Shown one piece after another: positions 38,033-49,746 of a DNA stretch of 64,000 nucleotides (the stretch's first letter is position 1; each line of letters opens with the position of its first letter). The translations under genes and the position numbers were made by a program. The notes below the pieces were generated by a model, which searched no databases, was not told the DNA's origin, and saw nothing but the letters and a program-made list of their open reading frames with translations. The stretch is from Ignavibacteriales bacterium (GTDB taxonomy: Bacteria; Bacteroidota; Ignavibacteria; Ignavibacteriales; Melioribacteraceae), in contig JACKAB010000007.1 in NCBI GenBank assembly GCA_020635285.1, positions 385,120 through 449,119 on the forward strand, given 5' to 3'.

Positions 38033-38824
38033 CAATTCTTGAAGAAATAAATGAAGTAAAAAAAGAAGAAGTAAAAAAACTTAGAAAAGAATATACCCTT
38101 TCACGATTCACTGATTCAGAAAATTTTAATAAGAAGAGATTAGAATTTGGAAAAGCTATATCCAATCAAGGTAAAATATCAATTATCGCAGAGATTAAAA
38201 AAGCCAGTCCATCAAAAGGAATTATAAAGGAAGATTTTAATCATCTTAAAATAGCAGAAACCTATATGAAATATGGTGCTGATGCAATTTCTATTTTAAC
38301 TGATGTAAACTTTTTTTAAGGGAAGCATAAAATTCTTAAATGATATTGCTAAATACAAATCTGTGCCGCTGTTAAGAAAGGATTTTATAATTGATGAATT
38401 TCAAATTTATGAAGCCAAAGCTAACGGAGCGGATGTAATCTTTTTAATTGCTGAATCCCTTTCTGCAAATCAAATAAATGAATTAACTGCTGCAGCAATT
38501 GAAACAGATTTAGAAGTCTTATTGGAATTACATTCGGTGGATCAAATTGAGAAAATTAATTTTAAACAGAATAGAATAATTGGAATTAATAATCGTGATC
38601 TAAAATCCTTCAAAGTTGATTTGAACACTGTGAATATAATTTCAGAATTCATTCCAAAAGAAAATATTTTAGTCGCAGAAAGCGGAATTAAAACCAAAGA
38701 AGACATTGATTTTATTAAACAAACTAGAGCAAACTCAATTTTAGTCGGTGAACATTTAATGTCATCAAATAATACAGCGGATTCATTACGACAACTTGTT
38801 GATTGGTGCAGACATGAGAGTTAA
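38029..38824 (+). CDS. trpC: indole-3-glycerol-phosphate synthase, one frameshift at a T7 run (38311-38317)
   Basis: ORFs 38029..38319 and 38363..38824 join if one T is removed: ...[41 protein letters not shown]... Canonical motifs are [12 protein letters not shown] and LRKDFI. Confidence 0.85.
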
Positions 38825-39411
38825 AGTTTGCGGAATTACAAATATTGAAGATGCTATACTTTGCTATAATCTCGGAGCGGATGCTATCGGATTTATATTT
38901 TACGAAAAAAGTAAAAGATATATCAAACCTGAAGAGGCCAAAATAATTATTAGTGAATTACCCGCATTTATTTTAAAAGTTGGAGTATTTGTAAATGAAA
39001 CTCCACAACTAATAAATGAAGTGGCAAAAGACATAAAACTAAATGCAGTTCAATTACACGGTGATGAAACACCTCAAGATATTGATAATATTGATTTGCC
39101 CGTAATTAAAGCTTTTAGAGTTGAGTTGATGATGAATTTGATTATGATGTTCTAACTCAATATAAAAATGTACTTTTCTCTTAGATACTTTTAATAAGAA
39201 TGAATTTGGCGGCACCGGAGAAAAATTTAATTGGAATAAAATTCCCAAAGAAATAAAAAGTAAAATAATTCTTGCTGGCGGAGTATCAATTGAAAACTTA
39301 GAAAATATTTACAAGCAGATTAATCCAGCTGCTATTGATGTTTCTTCATCATTAGAAATAATACCCGGTAAAAAAGACAAAAAGAAAGTTGAATTATTTT
39401 TAAAAAATTAA
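38814..39411 (+). CDS. trpF: phosphoribosylanthranilate isomerase, about 2 frameshifts (39125-39180)
   Basis: [10 protein letters not shown]...GADAIGFIF...KSKRYI...VQLHGDE, then after frame changes LLDTFNKNEFGGTGEKFNWNKIP...ILAGGVSIENL...IDVSSSLE. Confidence 0.8.
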
Positions 39412-39430
39412 ACGAGTTAAGGAAACTTTA

Positions 39431-40447
39431 ATGTTAATTCTGATGAATTTAAACGCACCACGACAAGATGTGGAAGATATAAAAAATAAAATCAAATCAC
39501 ATAATTGCCAAGCCCATGAAATCCCAGGTGAAATAAATCTAGCAATTGGAATTACTGGACCCTCGGAATTATTATATGAAGATGACTTTAGACTTATGAA
39601 ATCAGTTGTTGACGTAGTTCGCGTGAGCAAAAAGTATAAACTCGTTAGTCGCCAAATGAAAAATAATGATACAATTATTAACACAAAATATGGAAAGATT
39701 GGCGGAAAAGAATTAACAATTATTGCCGGACCTTGCTCGGTGGAAAATAGAGACCAGATATTTAGGATTGCGGAAATTCTTAAAAATGCTGGAGTAAAAT
39801 TCTTAAGAGGTGGTGCTTATAAACCGAGAAGCAGTCCATATGCGTTTCGTGGATTGAAAGAAGAAGGCTTAAAACTTTTGGATGAAGTTAAAAAAGAATT
39901 TGAGTTGGGAATTGTGACAGAAGTTCTTAGTCCGGATACGATTCATTTAGTTGAAGAAGTTGCAGATATAATTCAAATTGGTGCGCGCAATATGCAGAAT
40001 TTTATTTTGCTAGACGAAGTGGGTAAAACAAAAACCCCAATTTTACTTAAGCGTGGACTCTCAGCTACTGTTGAGGATTTATTATTGAGTGCTGAATATA
40101 TTATGGCTCAAGGCAACTTTGACGTAATACTTTGTGAAAGAGGAATTCGAACTTTTGAAACTGCAACAAGAAATACTTTGGACTTAAATGCTGTTCCGGT
40201 AATTAAAAAAAATACACATTTACCAATACTAGTTGATCCATCGCATGGAATTGGAATTAGAGATAAAGTGCAACCAATGGCTTTGGCAGGTGTTGCCGCC
40301 GGCGCAGATGGATTAATAATTGAAGTTCATCACGATCCGGATAATGCTTTGTCAGATGGAAGTCAGTCTTTAACACCCGAACAATTTCAAAAATTATATG
40401 ATAAACTCAAATCTTTAGCGCCAATAGTTGATAAGGAATTATTATAA
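39431..40447 (+). CDS. 3-deoxy-7-phosphoheptulonate (DAHP) synthase, type I-beta, with N-terminal ferredoxin-like regulatory domain
   Basis: Motifs [31 protein letters not shown] and VDPSH are present. An ~75-aa N-terminal extension precedes the barrel, as in Thermotoga-type regulated DAHPS. Confidence 0.85.
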   Translation: MLILMNLNAPRQDVEDIKNKIKSHNCQAHEIPGEINLAIGITGPSELLYEDDFRLMKSVVDVVRVSKKYKLVSRQMKNNDTIINTKYGKIGGKELTIIAGPCSVENRDQIFRIAEILKNAGVKFLRGGAYKPRSSPYAFRGLKEEGLKLLDEVKKEFELGIVTEVLSPDTIHLVEEVADIIQIGARNMQNFILLDEVGKTKTPILLKRGLSATVEDLLLSAEYIMAQGNFDVILCERGIRTFETATRNTLDLNAVPVIKKNTHLPILVDPSHGIGIRDKVQPMALAGVAAGADGLIIEVHHDPDNALSDGSQSLTPEQFQKLYDKLKSLAPIVDKELL

Positions 40448-40449
40448 AT

Positions 40450-41658
40450 ATGAAAGAAGAAATCAAATATAACTTTCCAACCAAAGAAGGAAAGTATGGA
40501 AAATATGGCGGAAAGTTTGTGCCCGAAACTCTAATTACAGCTTTGAATGAATTAGAAGAAGCATATACAAAACTTCGATCGGATCAAACTTTCATTAATG
40601 AATTAGACGATCTCCAATCAACTTATAATGGAAGACCAACGCCGCTTACTTTTTCTAAAAGATTAACCGAACATTATGGCGGCGCAAAAATTTATTTGAA
40701 GAGGGAAGATCTTTGTCATACTGGTGCGCATAAATTAAATAATGCATTGGGACAAATATTAATCGCAAAGTATTTAGGCAAAAAAAGAATTATAGCGGAA
40801 ACCGGAGCCGGTCAACACGGAGTGGCAACTGCAACAGTTTGTGCAAAGTTTGGTTTAGAATGTTTAGTTTATATGGGCGAAGAAGATATTGAGCGTCAAA
40901 AACTAAATGTTTTTAGAATGAGATTATTAGGCGCAAAAGTAATTCCAGTTAGCTCAGGAAGCAAAACATTAAAAGATGCAACTAATGAAGCCATTCGTGA
41001 TTGGATAGCAAATGTTAGAGACACACATTATATAATTGGTTCCGTTGTTGGTCCGCATCCTTATCCAATGTTGGTCAGAGATTTTCAGTCAATTATTGGC
41101 AAAGAAACAAAAGAACAAATTATTAAAGTCGAACAGAAATTACCTAATTATGTTTTAGCTTGTGTTGGCGGGGGCTCTAATGCTATTGGAATTTTTCATG
41201 AATTTATCAAAAATGAAGAAGTGAACTTAATTGGAATTGAAGCAGCCGGTCTTGGAATTGATACAAATCTACATTGTGCAACTTTGACACTTGGCAGCGA
41301 GGGAATTTTTCACGGAATGAAAACCTATCTTCTTCAAAATGAAGATGGACAAATATTGCCTGTTCATTCAATATCTGCAGGACTCGATTATCCGGGAGTT
41401 GGTCCGGAACACAGCTTGCTTAAAGATTTAGAAAGAGTAAATTATCAATCAATTACAGATGGTGAATCACTTGACGCAATTATGAAGGTCTCAAAACTGG
41501 AAGGAATTTTAGTGGCTTTGGAAACAGCACACGCATTTGCATATTTAGAAAAGTTAATGCCAAATACTAAGAAAGATGAAATTGTTGTTGTAAATGTAAG
41601 CGGCAGAGGCGATAAAGACTTAAACACAATTATAGAAAAACTTGGGGATAAAATTTAA
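40450..41658 (+). CDS. trpB: tryptophan synthase beta chain
   Basis: Motifs [21 protein letters not shown] and GGGSNAIG are present. Confidence 0.95.
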   Translation: MKEEIKYNFPTKEGKYGKYGGKFVPETLITALNELEEAYTKLRSDQTFINELDDLQSTYNGRPTPLTFSKRLTEHYGGAKIYLKREDLCHTGAHKLNNALGQILIAKYLGKKRIIAETGAGQHGVATATVCAKFGLECLVYMGEEDIERQKLNVFRMRLLGAKVIPVSSGSKTLKDATNEAIRDWIANVRDTHYIIGSVVGPHPYPMLVRDFQSIIGKETKEQIIKVEQKLPNYVLACVGGGSNAIGIFHEFIKNEEVNLIGIEAAGLGIDTNLHCATLTLGSEGIFHGMKTYLLQNEDGQILPVHSISAGLDYPGVGPEHSLLKDLERVNYQSITDGESLDAIMKVSKLEGILVALETAHAFAYLEKLMPNTKKDEIVVVNVSGRGDKDLNTIIEKLGDKI

Positions 41659-42446
41659 TGAGTAAAATTAAAACACATTTAGAATCCCTTAATAATAAAG
41701 GCGAAAAAGCGCTCACCATATTTTTAACAGCTGGTTATCCTAACATTAATAGCTTTACTGAATTGGCAGTTAAAGTTATAGAAGCTGGTGCAGATATTTT
41801 GGAAATTGGATTACCTTTTGCAGATTCACTTGCAGATGGACCAGTTATTCAGTCATCTTATACAGAAGCTCTGAAGCAAAATGTAAACTTAAAACTCACT
41901 TTAAAACTAATTAGTGAAATAAGGGAGAAGACAAATATTCCAATAGTATTAATGAGCGCTAGTAATCCTATATTAAATTATGGAATTAGTAAATTTAGGG
42001 ATGATGCAATTGAATTGGGAGTAAATGGAGTAATTATTCCTGACATTCCGCTTGAAGAATACGATAATTTTTTCCAAAATAGTTTTGATGGACTAGATAC
42101 AATTATTCTCACAACTCCAACATCATCTGAAGAAAGAATTAAATCGATTGATAAGCGAAGCAGCGGTTTTTTATACTGTGTAAGTGTTGTGGGTACAACC
42201 GGCATAAGAAATAAATTTGACGATTATGTATTAGAAAATTTAGAAAGAACTTATAAACTTGTTGAAAATAATAAAATGCAAATTGGTTTTGGAATTTCAT
42301 CGGGCGATGACGTGAAAAGATTCTCACCTTTTTGTGATGGAGTAATAGTTGGCAGCGCAATTATAAAATCCTTATCAAATGATGATTCGAATTTTACAAA
42401 TACAATCAAATTGGTTAAAGAATTAAAATCAGCTTGTAAGAATTAA
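41658..42446 (+). CDS. trpA: tryptophan synthase alpha chain
   Basis: Motifs GADILEIGLPF.DSLADGPVIQ and GFGIS are present. The ATG overlaps the trpB stop. Confidence 0.9.
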   Translation: MSKIKTHLESLNNKGEKALTIFLTAGYPNINSFTELAVKVIEAGADILEIGLPFADSLADGPVIQSSYTEALKQNVNLKLTLKLISEIREKTNIPIVLMSASNPILNYGISKFRDDAIELGVNGVIIPDIPLEEYDNFFQNSFDGLDTIILTTPTSSEERIKSIDKRSSGFLYCVSVVGTTGIRNKFDDYVLENLERTYKLVENNKMQIGFGISSGDDVKRFSPFCDGVIVGSAIIKSLSNDDSNFTNTIKLVKELKSACKN

Positions 42447-42452
42447 ATCTAT

Positions 42453-42525
42453 CTGTCATTCCCACGAAAGTGGGAATCTAGGAAAATGAAATTGATTCCC
42501 GATCGATGCATTTGGGATTGATACA
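42453..42525. repeat. bipartite hairpin repeat, copy 4, downstream of trpA
   Basis: The sequence is ctgtcattcccacgaaagtgggaatc-taggaaaatgaaattgattcccgatcgatgcatttgggattgatac. The first module is a ttcccac/gtgggaa hairpin. Confidence 0.55.
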
Positions 42526-42532
42526 TAATAAG

Positions 42533-43546
42533 TTATTCACTAAACTCAATCCAAATTGATTTTGTAATTTCTGGTTTTAGAATTATAGTGTTTACTTTCC
42601 CTCTGTTCTGTTCAATAAAATCAGTACTCAAATTAGATTTTACAGTATTCTTAATTATTTTAATGTCTTCAACAAGAATTGTAATCCCGCTAATTTCATA
42701 TTTATCTGATTCAATTAGAATAATTTCGAAATTATTGTTTTTAAATCGTATCACTTTTCCTGTTGCTTCTGGAATTTTATAATTGTCAATAGCATCAAAT
42801 CCAAAATTGACTAACTCTTTTGCAGTTTGCTTAATATCTTTCGTAGAAATCCAAATTGCCGAAATTCTTTTAGCTTTATTTTTATGATTTGTTAAAACGT
42901 TATTATTTTCACTATTGTATTGAATGAAAAATATTGGTAATTCAGAATTAATATTTTTTAAGGAAAGAGTATTATAAGTATTGTTTACGCTTAGTTCTGT
43001 AAAGCCTTTGTTTAATTGAGAGAAACTGGATTTTAATTTATTAATTTCATCAACTCTAACTGCGAATTGCAATCCGTATTTGTTTGCGTTTATAAGATTT
43101 CCATATTCTTTAGAAAGTTCATCGGTTGGATTATCAACTTCCATTAATTCAATTTCACTTCCATCAATAAATTCAACAAAGCTATTCGTTATTCCATTTT
43201 TGTGCTTATTACCCTCTTTAACTAAAAATCCTAAATTGGTAAATAATGTTGAGCTTTTATTTAAATTATTTGTTCCGATAATAACATGATCAAAAAATGA
43301 GTTTTTAACTATTGAGAAAACCTCAGATTCTGCTGTTTTTTTTTCAATTAAACTTTTTTGTTCTTTTAATTGTCCAATTGTGTCGGAAAGTGCCTCGATT
43401 CTTATTTTATTAGAATCTTTTTGTGCTTCTAATTGCTGAGCTTCATTTTGAGTAATTTTTTTTGATTCTTCAACATTTGACTGATTGTTGCAATTATAAG
43501 CTAATAGAGAAAAAATAACTAAGATAAATATTAATTGAACTTTCAA
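42533..43546 (-). CDS. lipoprotein with N-terminal coiled coil and glyoxalase-like (VOC) domain
   Basis: Signal/lipobox LLAYNC. FDHVIIGTNNLNKSSTLFTNLGFLVKEGNKHKNGITNSFVEFIDGSEIELMEV matches the glyoxalase-like domain pattern (DH..l...dL......f..lGF.v..Gg.H...Gt.N....f.dg.yiEl). Confidence 0.55.
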   Translation of the reverse strand: MKVQLIFILVIFSLLAYNCNNQSNVEESKKITQNEAQQLEAQKDSNKIRIEALSDTIGQLKEQKSLIEKKTAESEVFSIVKNSFFDHVIIGTNNLNKSSTLFTNLGFLVKEGNKHKNGITNSFVEFIDGSEIELMEVDNPTDELSKEYGNLINANKYGLQFAVRVDEINKLKSSFSQLNKGFTELSVNNTYNTLSLKNINSELPIFFIQYNSENNNVLTNHKNKAKRISAIWISTKDIKQTAKELVNFGFDAIDNYKIPEATGKVIRFKNNNFEIILIESDKYEISGITILVEDIKIIKNTVKSNLSTDFIEQNRGKVNTIILKPEITKSIWIEFSE

Positions 43547-43628
43547 AATTTGTCCTATTTTTTTGGGTACTACAATAAATTGTAAAATTGTATTTTTGTT
43601 ACATTAAAAATAACATAATAATAATTCA

Positions 43629-46600
43629 ATGACTCTTAAACTTATAACTTATAGTTACATATTGCTACTTTGCTTAAACCCACTTTTTGCACAGAACAAG
43701 ATTTTAATAAACGAATTATTATCATCAAATATTAACGGATTAGTTGATAATGAATCTGGCGAATATTCTGATTGGATTGAACTTTATAATCCAAATGATT
43801 CATTGGTTGATATTTCTGGTTTTTACCTTTCTGATAAACATGAAGACCCATTTTTGTGGAGATTTCCTAATAATACTTTTATTGATTCAAACTCGTTTTT
43901 AATTGTTTGGGCTGATGATAAAAATTATGAACTGCATACTAACTTTAAACTTAGTAATGATGGCGAAAAATTATTTCTATATTCTAAAGATTCAGTTTTA
44001 GTTGACTCAATAACTTATGGTAAACAACGCGATGATGTTTCTGTTGGCAGAGATACAAGTAATTTCGAATGGTTATTTTTTGATGAACCAACACCTGGGA
44101 AAATGAATTTGACAAAAAGGGTAAGACCAATAACAAACTTTCTGATAAACCAATATTTTCAATTGAAAGCGGATTTTATTCATCAAGTGTAATTCTAGAA
44201 ATCACCTCCGAAGATAGTAGTGAAATTTATTATACCTTAGATGGCTCGACTCCTTTCAAATCATCAGCACAATTATATACAGAACCAATTAATATTGATT
44301 CAACTTCAATAGTATCCGCAATTTCTATTGAACAAAACAAACTTTCCAGCAACGTAGTTTCAAAATCATTTTTTATTGATGTGGATACAGAACTGCCCGT
44401 AATTTCTATAACAACCGACCCGAAAAATCTTTGGGATGATAATATCGGAATTTATACAAAGGGAACTAATGGCATAAGTTTTTGGAGTGTAAAGGCTAAT
44501 TATTGGCAAGAATGGGAACGACCGGCAAAAGTTGAATTTTTTGAAGATGACAAAACAATAGCATTTGAATTAAATGCCGGAATATCTATAAATGGAGCTA
44601 GAAGAAATATGCTCCAAAAGTCATTAAGAATTTTTGCTAGAGATAAATACGGAGCCCCTTCAATTAATTATAAAATATTTCCGGATAAAGAAATAAGAAA
44701 TTTCACTTCACTTGTTTTAAGGAATGGCGGCTACCCCGAATTTATTTCAACATTGTTTAGAGATGGATTTATCCAAACATTAATTTCAAATGAAATGGAT
44801 ATTGATTATCAAGCTTACAGACCGAGCATTCTTTATTTAAATGGCAAGTATTGGGGAATTTATAATATTCGCGAAAAACAAAATGAAGAATACTTAAAAG
44901 AAAATAATGGAGTGGATCCAGATAATTTAGATATTCTTGAAAACAATATGGTAGTTGTTGAAGGTGATAGTAACCATTACCAAAATATGATTGATTTTAT
45001 TTCAGCAAATGATTTATCTATTCAAGAAAATTATGATTCAGTGAAAAATTTTATGGAGATTGATAATTTTATTAATTATCAAATTGCACAATTATATATA
45101 GCAAATGCTGATTGGCCTGGAAATAATATTAAATTTTGGCGACCCAAAACTAACGATGGGAAATGGAGATGGCTAATATTTGATCTTGATGGAGGTTTTG
45201 GATTATGGCACAATTATGATTTTAATTCAATAGAATTTGCAACTGAAGAAAACAGTTCAGAATGGAATAACGCTCCTTGGTCAACATTCCTTTTTAGAAA
45301 TTTATTAAAGAATCAAGAATTTGCAGATGAATTTGTTCAAAGGTTTGCCGCATATTTAAGCTATAGTTTTAACAGAGAAGATGTAATAGAGTTAATGACT
45401 TCATTCCAAAATAGAATAGAAAAAGAGATTCCCAATCACATAAATAGATGGGCTCCTAACTGTTCAATTACTAATCCGGAATCTAAAGATGGCTGCATGT
45501 TTGAAGATATTTCAACATGGTACGAAAATATAAATATAGTTAAAGAATTTGCAGTCAAAAGACCAAATTATGTAATGGAACATTTGATGAATTACTTTTC
45601 CATTTCTGATACAATAAAAGTTTTAGTTTCTTCAAATAGTACTGAAGGTGGAAATGTTTTTGTTAATGAAGTTAATTCCAAGTTTGGTGTTGAGGCTAAA
45701 CTTTTTAGCGAGAAAAAAATAACATTTCTTGCTAAACCAAAAGCCGGATATAGATTCGTTGGATGGAAGGGCGATATTACTGCAAAAATTCCAACTTTAG
45801 AAATATTACGACAAGATGATTTTTCTATTGAAGCAGTTTTTCAACCGATAAATAATTCAGTAGTTCCTTCAATTATAAATAGTGATTTGGTTCTAACTGC
45901 AGGTAATAGTCCGTATTATACAGAGGATGATATTTATATTTATGAAGATGCAACTCTTACAATTGAACCTGGAGTTGAATTAAATTTATCAGCAGAAAAA
46001 AGTATTTATGTTTATGGTAATATAGAAATGTTTGGTATCGAAGAAGATCCTATCTTAATAAAATCCTCAGTAACTGGCATTAATTGGGGGTCAATTAATT
46101 TTGTTAATGCAAAGAAAAAATCAAAAATATTCCATACAAAAATAAGTGGTACTAGTAATGGTAAAGATAAAATTGATCAAATCGGGGGGATATCCAGTTT
46201 CAATTCTGATTTAGAATTGAACTATGTTGAAATGGATAATGTACAATTCCCAATTTTTATACAGTATGGAAATTTCGTAATGAGAAACAGTAAAATTCAC
46301 ACGGAAGTCACTTCCGATTTTGTGAATGTTAAATATGGCAAAGCTGTAATTGAAAATTGCGAGTTTATTGGAAACCTTGCTCCGGATACTGATGCTATTG
46401 ATTATGATGATGTTAATGCTGGGATAATAAGAAGAAATAAAATTCATAGTTTTTATGGTGATAATAGTGATGCTATTGATATTGGAGAAGGAGCTAAAGA
46501 TATTTTAATAGAAGAAAACTTAATCTATAATTGTTCAGATAAAGGTGTCTCTATTGGCCAAGAATCAACCGCAATTATAAAAGGTAACGTAATTGCTAAT

Positions 46601-47773
46601 TGTAATCTGGGAGTTGGAATTAAAGATGACAAATCATATGGTTTTATTGACCATAATACGTTTTACAATAATAATATTGCAGTTTCTTGTTTTGAAAAAA
46701 ATATTGGAAGAGGCGGGGGTAAAGCAGATATAACCAATTCAATTTTATCAAACTCAACAGAATCAGATATTTTTGCCGATCAATTTTCTGAAATTAATAT
46801 TTCATATTCTCTATCCGATAAAAACAACATTGAGGGAGTAGGAAATTTATTTGGAGAACCAAATTTCTTAAATCCAGATTCATTAGATTTTAGAATTAGC
46901 GAAAGCTCTCTTGCTTTTAATAGTGGCGACCCAAATTATAAACTAGATGCTGATGGCAGCAGAACCAATATGGGTGCTTCTTTTTATAATTTTGTAAACT
47001 TTAATAAAATTGTAATTACAGAAATAAATTATCACTCAAGTGTTAATTTTAATACAAAAGATTGGATTGAATTTTATAATCCAAATAAAAACTCGGTTGA
47101 TCTTTCCGGTTGGATTTTTAAAGATAGCGAAGATGCACATATCTATACCTTTCCTTCAAATGCAATTTTAGGAGCGGAAAAATATTTAATTCTATCTGAA
47201 GATATCACAGAGTTTAAAACATTTTATCCAACCACAAAAAATGTGATTGGTAATTTTGATTTTGGTTTGAATAACTCTGGAGAGACCGTAAGGTTATTTG
47301 ATAATTATGGAAACATAATTGATTCATTAACATATGATGATAAAGATCCTTGGCCCATTGATGCTGATGGGAATGGTTATACATTGCAGTTAATAAATCA
47401 CGAACTTGATAATTCGCTTGCAGAAAATTGGGCTTCCCCAATAATTTATGGTACACCTGGAAATCTTAATATTGTTTCTGATATTGAAAATGATGAAGTA
47501 AAAATACCTAAAGAATATTCATTATCACAAAATTATCCAAATCCGTTTAATCCAAGCACATCAATTAAATTTGAAATTCCTAAGAACGCAAATGTGACAT
47601 TGAAAGTATTTGATGTACTGGGAAGAGAATTAAGAACTATTGTGGATAAAAATATGAAAGCCGGTTCTTATATTTTCCAGTTCAATGCAATTTATCTTTC
47701 AAGTGGTATTTATTTTTATCAGTTAATTGCAAATGATTTTCATAAAACTTATAAAATGATTTTATTAAAGTAA
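43629..47773 (+). CDS. secreted multidomain CotH-kinase-family protein: LTD, chitobiase-C-like domain, CotH, beta-helix, LTD, T9SS C-terminal domain; one frameshift near 44110
   Basis: LTD: ILINELLSSN...GEYSDWIELYNPNDSLVDISGFYLSD. CotH-like core: LPVISITTDPKNLWD...AKVEFFED...SLRIFARDKYG...LVLRNGG...FRDGFIQ...YRPSILYLNGKYWGIYNIREK. Parallel beta-helix repeats follow (NCSDKGVSIG, NCNLGVGI). A second LTD reads IVITEINYHS...KDWIEFYNPNKNSVDLSGW. The protein ends NYPNPFNPSTSIKFEIP...VTLKVFDVLGRE...GIYFYQL...KMILLK. ORFs 43629..44192 and 44381..47773 join through the frame encoding SDKPIFSIESGFYSSSVILEITSED. Confidence 0.8.
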
Positions 47774-47884
47774 AATCATTTTATAAAAAATAGTGTCAAA
47801 CGTAATCAAATCTCTATTATTTATTTAAAGTATATCTTTATCTGCTTTTTATTATTTTTAAATTTTAAAATTTTACAATAACGT

Positions 47885-48946
47885 ATGCTAAAAAATCGAA
47901 ATATAATCTTTGCAATTATCATTTTAATATTGATAATCTTTCTAATTCTTCCAATTGAATATCCTAGAACAATAAAATCCAAAGGGAAGCTTCTCCCTTA
48001 TAAAACTTGGACTTTAGCAAAAGGAACAGATGGCAGACTTATAACATCTCTAAATGATAACTTGACGGGCATTAATGATGGTTTTACAGTGACTCAATTT
48101 GAGCGGGGCGATGCAGTTCAGTTTAAATTAAAAACCGAAGTAATTTCTAAAGACTTTATAAGTAAAGGCGATACAATTGGTTATGTAATTTCAAACATTA
48201 TTGAAAAAGATATTGAAAAATTAAAAGGTGAACTTGAAACTGCGAAAGCCTCGCTCAACATTCAAACAAGCAGCGAAAAAGAATCTGTAATTGATGCTGA
48301 AAAAAGTAAATTAGTTTTTGCAGAAAAAGAATTGGAAGAACAGACAAAAGTGTTTGATAGAAAAAAACTATTGTTTGAACGTCAGTTAATATCGCAGCAA
48401 GAATATGAGGCAGATGAGGCTAAGTTTGAGCTAGCTAAAATAAATGTTAACATTGCAAAAGAAAGATTACGAACAGTACAAAGCGGAGCAAAAAAAGAAG
48501 AAATAAATTTTGCTGCATCACAAATAAGTGCTTTAGAGAATGAAATTAGAATTCTGCAAAAAAGATATGAAAGTAATAATATAGTTACGCCAATTGGAGG
48601 AAATGTTAATAAAACTTTTTCTTCCGATACCTTATTGGTGATTAATGATACAAGTAAAAATGTAATTTTAATTCCAGTTAAATGGAGTGATATTAACAAA
48701 ATACAGGTCAATCAAAGCGTAATTATTTCTTCTGCCGAAGTTGATGAAGTGATAAATGGTAAAATTATATCAATTGGAAATAATGTAAAAACTGCTAATA
48801 ACTTTCAATATGTTTTAGTAACTGTTATCTCCGAGGACAGGATGAAGCAGCTAAAATCTGGGTTGTACGTTGATTGCAAAATAGAATGCGGCTCTGAAAC
48901 AGCTCTTGATATTCTATCCGATTTTTTAAAACCAATCTTCAAATAG
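47885..48946 (+). CDS. HlyD-family membrane-fusion (periplasmic adaptor)-like protein, no adjacent pump
   Basis: An N-terminal TM anchor, a lipoyl-like segment (KGDTIGYV), a long alpha-hairpin coiled coil (~aa 110-230), IVTPIGGNV, and a C-terminal beta-domain. Confidence 0.55.
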   Translation: MLKNRNIIFAIIILILIIFLILPIEYPRTIKSKGKLLPYKTWTLAKGTDGRLITSLNDNLTGINDGFTVTQFERGDAVQFKLKTEVISKDFISKGDTIGYVISNIIEKDIEKLKGELETAKASLNIQTSSEKESVIDAEKSKLVFAEKELEEQTKVFDRKKLLFERQLISQQEYEADEAKFELAKINVNIAKERLRTVQSGAKKEEINFAASQISALENEIRILQKRYESNNIVTPIGGNVNKTFSSDTLLVINDTSKNVILIPVKWSDINKIQVNQSVIISSAEVDEVINGKIISIGNNVKTANNFQYVLVTVISEDRMKQLKSGLYVDCKIECGSETALDILSDFLKPIFK

Positions 48947-48952
48947 AATATC

Positions 48953-49744
48953 ATGAGATTAGAATATAAATTTTTAGTAAATAATTATGATTTAGAACGG
49001 TTAAGAAAAAAACTATTACCTTTTGTTGAGTTAGATCAATTTGTAAAAGAAAGTAACGGAAATGAGTATACAGTAAGAAGCATATATTTTGATTCATCCA
49101 ATTTTGATTATTATCATGAAAAAATAGATGGAATTAAAATTAGAAAAAAATTAAGAATAAGAAGTTACGATACTAAAGCAGATAACAATTTGGTTTTTTT
49201 AGAAATTAAAAATAAGTATGATAATTTTATTGGTAAAAATAGGGCACCTATTTTATTTCATAATCTAAAAAATTTATTAAATACAAATGAAATTGAAACT
49301 TACGCCTTAACGAATAACGGGTATTCAAATTCTTTGCAAGATGGCGAAAAATTTATGCACCATATTTATAAAAGCGGAATGAAACCAACAATTTTAATTG
49401 TATATGAGCGCGAAGCTTTTTTCTCAAAGTTTGATAATAGTTTAAGAATCACTTTTGATAAAAATATTAGATTTTACGATAATCCTAATATTGATAGTCT
49501 TTATAGAGATTCTGATTTAGAAATCGCAACTCCAAACCATTTTGTATTAGAGCTTAAATTTAATAACGGTTATCCAAAGTGGCTGCAGGATATCGTTCAA
49601 GAGTTTGGATTAATTAGAAGATCGGTTTCTAAGTATACAATTTGTATTGATTCATCAAAAAGAATTAATCCGATGCGAAAGAATTTAAGTACATCAAATT
49701 ACTCATTATTCTATGACCAGAATAATGAAGAAGGAATATTTTAA
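48953..49744 (+). CDS. VTC-domain protein (CYTH-like triphosphate-tunnel, polyphosphate-polymerase-type domain)
   Basis: RLEYKFLV...YTVRSIYFDSSNFDYYHEKIDGIKIRKKLRIRSY...VFLEIKNKYDNFIGKNR fits the bacterial VTC-domain pattern (E.KY.v...Y.v.SlYfD......y.....g...R.KlRiR.Y....vflEiK.K). It begins 6 nt after the upstream gene. Confidence 0.75.
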   Translation: MRLEYKFLVNNYDLERLRKKLLPFVELDQFVKESNGNEYTVRSIYFDSSNFDYYHEKIDGIKIRKKLRIRSYDTKADNNLVFLEIKNKYDNFIGKNRAPILFHNLKNLLNTNEIETYALTNNGYSNSLQDGEKFMHHIYKSGMKPTILIVYEREAFFSKFDNSLRITFDKNIRFYDNPNIDSLYRDSDLEIATPNHFVLELKFNNGYPKWLQDIVQEFGLIRRSVSKYTICIDSSKRINPMRKNLSTSNYSLFYDQNNEEGIF

Positions 49745-49746
49745 AT

